Source: Narcine bancroftii
Taxonomy: Eukaryota
Reading direction: 5' to 3'
Assembly: GCF_036971445.1 (NCBI RefSeq)
Contig: NC_091474.1
Coordinates: forward strand, 35,650,001-35,714,000
Length of the DNA stretch: 64,000 nucleotides
A program made the translations under genes and the position numbers. Shown piece by piece: positions 62,535 through 64,000 of this stretch. Numbering within the stretch: position 1 is the stretch's first letter; each line of letters opens with the position of its first letter. A model generated the notes under the pieces. That model had not been told where the DNA came from and ran no database searches. It saw nothing but the letters and a program-made list of their open reading frames with translations.

Positions 62535-62837
62535 GATTAGTATGGGATTACTTAAGATGGTATGTGAGTGGGAAGGGAAGGTTGAGAACCACTGCTCTAG
62601 ACTCAATTGTTACTGAAATATTTTCCTTAAGAAAAATTGTCATTGACCCTTTCCTTTGCAGTTATGAAACTGTGCACAACGAGTCAATTAGGTACGATTA
62701 AAACAGTGGTTTTCAAACACTTTCTTTCCACCCACATACCACCTTAAGCAACTTCTTACTAATCACAGAGCACCGATGGCATAGGGAATACTTAAAGTAG
62801 TATGTGAGTGGAAACAAAAAAACGTTGAGAACCACTG
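62535..62837. mobile_element. Compound hAT-type MITE
   Basis: Reverse orientation of the 41560-41886 family; ends GTTGAGAACCACTG. Confidence 0.75.
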
Positions 62838-63139
62838 TGCTAAAGGTTTCCTTGAAAATCTGCAACATGCTGATTATCTACTGAGAATGTCTGCCAAGGT
62901 TGATGAAAATTGTATGGCATGGAATTTGGGATGGACCTTGAGTTTACATAACAGGAGCAAGATAAAGCCCTGGGTAAGTGGAGAATGGAGCTCGCCACCA
63001 TGCACATTACCCACCCACTTGATTGGGCAACATCTGCCCCATCTGTTGAAGAGTCTGCAGTCTTCGTGCAAGTCTCACCCTTCAGAATCTGCTCCCAAGA
63101 GGGATGGATTTTTTTTTTCTGCAAAGTTTACTTTGCATT

Positions 63140-64000
63140 CACAAGTCAAGTCCAGTTTATTGTCATCTGATTGCACAAGTACAACCCGATGAAATATTGT
63201 TCGCTGGTCCTTGGGACATAACATTGGGACACACAACCAATGCATATGCAGTATTCATATTTACAAATAAATACAGTAGAAGTTGCTTCATGAGTATAAG
63301 AGTCTTCGATGGCTAGTGTGAGCAATTACTTCGGGTTAGGTCATTTACCATCCTCACTGCCCAGGGGAAGAAGCTGTTCCTTCGGCTGGTGGGGCTGGCT
63401 CTGTTACACCTGTATCTCTTTCCTGATGGGAGTAGCTGAAAGATGCTGTGTGTGGGACGGAAAGGGTCCTCCATGCCTTTGCGCACCATCTTCAGGCAAC
63501 AATCCTAGTAGATCACATCGATGGAGGGGGCAGGATTGACCTCTGATCCATTTCTCTGCAGCAACCTTACCACATTGTGATGCGGCCGGCCAGGATGTTC
63601 TTGATAGTGCTTCTATAGAAGGTTGACATAATGGTGGCCGATAGCCTTGTCCGCTTCGGTCTTCTTAGGTGGTGCAGTCACTGTTGTGCCTTCCTGACCA
63701 GTGAGGAGATGTTGACTGTCCACGATTAGTCACTAGTTAAGTGAACTCCAAGGAACTTGGGGCTCTTCACTTTCTCCAATACAGAGTTGTTGATGTGTAG
63801 TGAAGGGTCGTTGTTTCTCATCTTCCTGAAGCTCATAATCATCTCCTTTTTCTTGTTCATGTAGAGACTCAGGTTGTTATTCTCACACCATTTCACAAGG
63901 ATTTCTACCTCTATAGTATGACTTACCTTTGTTGCTGATGAGGCCAACTACTGTTGTATCTTCTGCAAACTTGATGGCTCTGCTGGAACTGGATCTGGTG
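63140..64000 (-). mobile_element. Rex1/Babar-like LINE fragment, continuing past the window edge
   Basis: KFAEDTTV (decayed FADD), LVKWCENNNLSL.M.K.KEMI..FRK, KFLGVHLTSD. Confidence 0.8.

Noticed and set aside
1-64000. CRISPR arrays, rRNA genes or prokaryotic operons
   Set aside because: No regularly spaced repeat-spacer array and no gene-dense coding; the DNA is vertebrate intronic/intergenic

Overview
Repeat-rich vertebrate genomic DNA. The mix of CR1, L1, RTE, Rex1, tRNA-headed SINEs, hAT MITEs and Penelope-like tails suggests a cartilaginous fish (inference). Only one host coding exon is supportable: a minus-strand signal-peptide first exon at 40869-40947 (MMGMLGVIVGALHYLGLYVQLSASSQ, phase-1 donor) in a CpG island. 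It resembles the VSTM2 family, most likely VSTM2L. I found no Ig-domain exon 2, so 1-40868 is probably intron 1 and >41300 is upstream DNA. Main observations: (i) an HDV-like double-pseudoknot ribozyme fold heading a ~450-bp internally deleted RTE element (2896-3340); (ii) a solo LTR holding an inverted solo LTR of its own family plus a near-intact RTE LINE, giving a ~600-bp inverted repeat (7046-11972); (iii) a CR1>hAT>L1 nest with readable target-site duplications (TSDs); (iv) a perfect 124-bp locally templated inverted duplication; (v) a long-spacer REST/RE1 site; (vi) an upstream splice donor that could give a signal-less isoform. All calls were made by eye. Boundaries of old repeats are approximate and family names need database confirmation.
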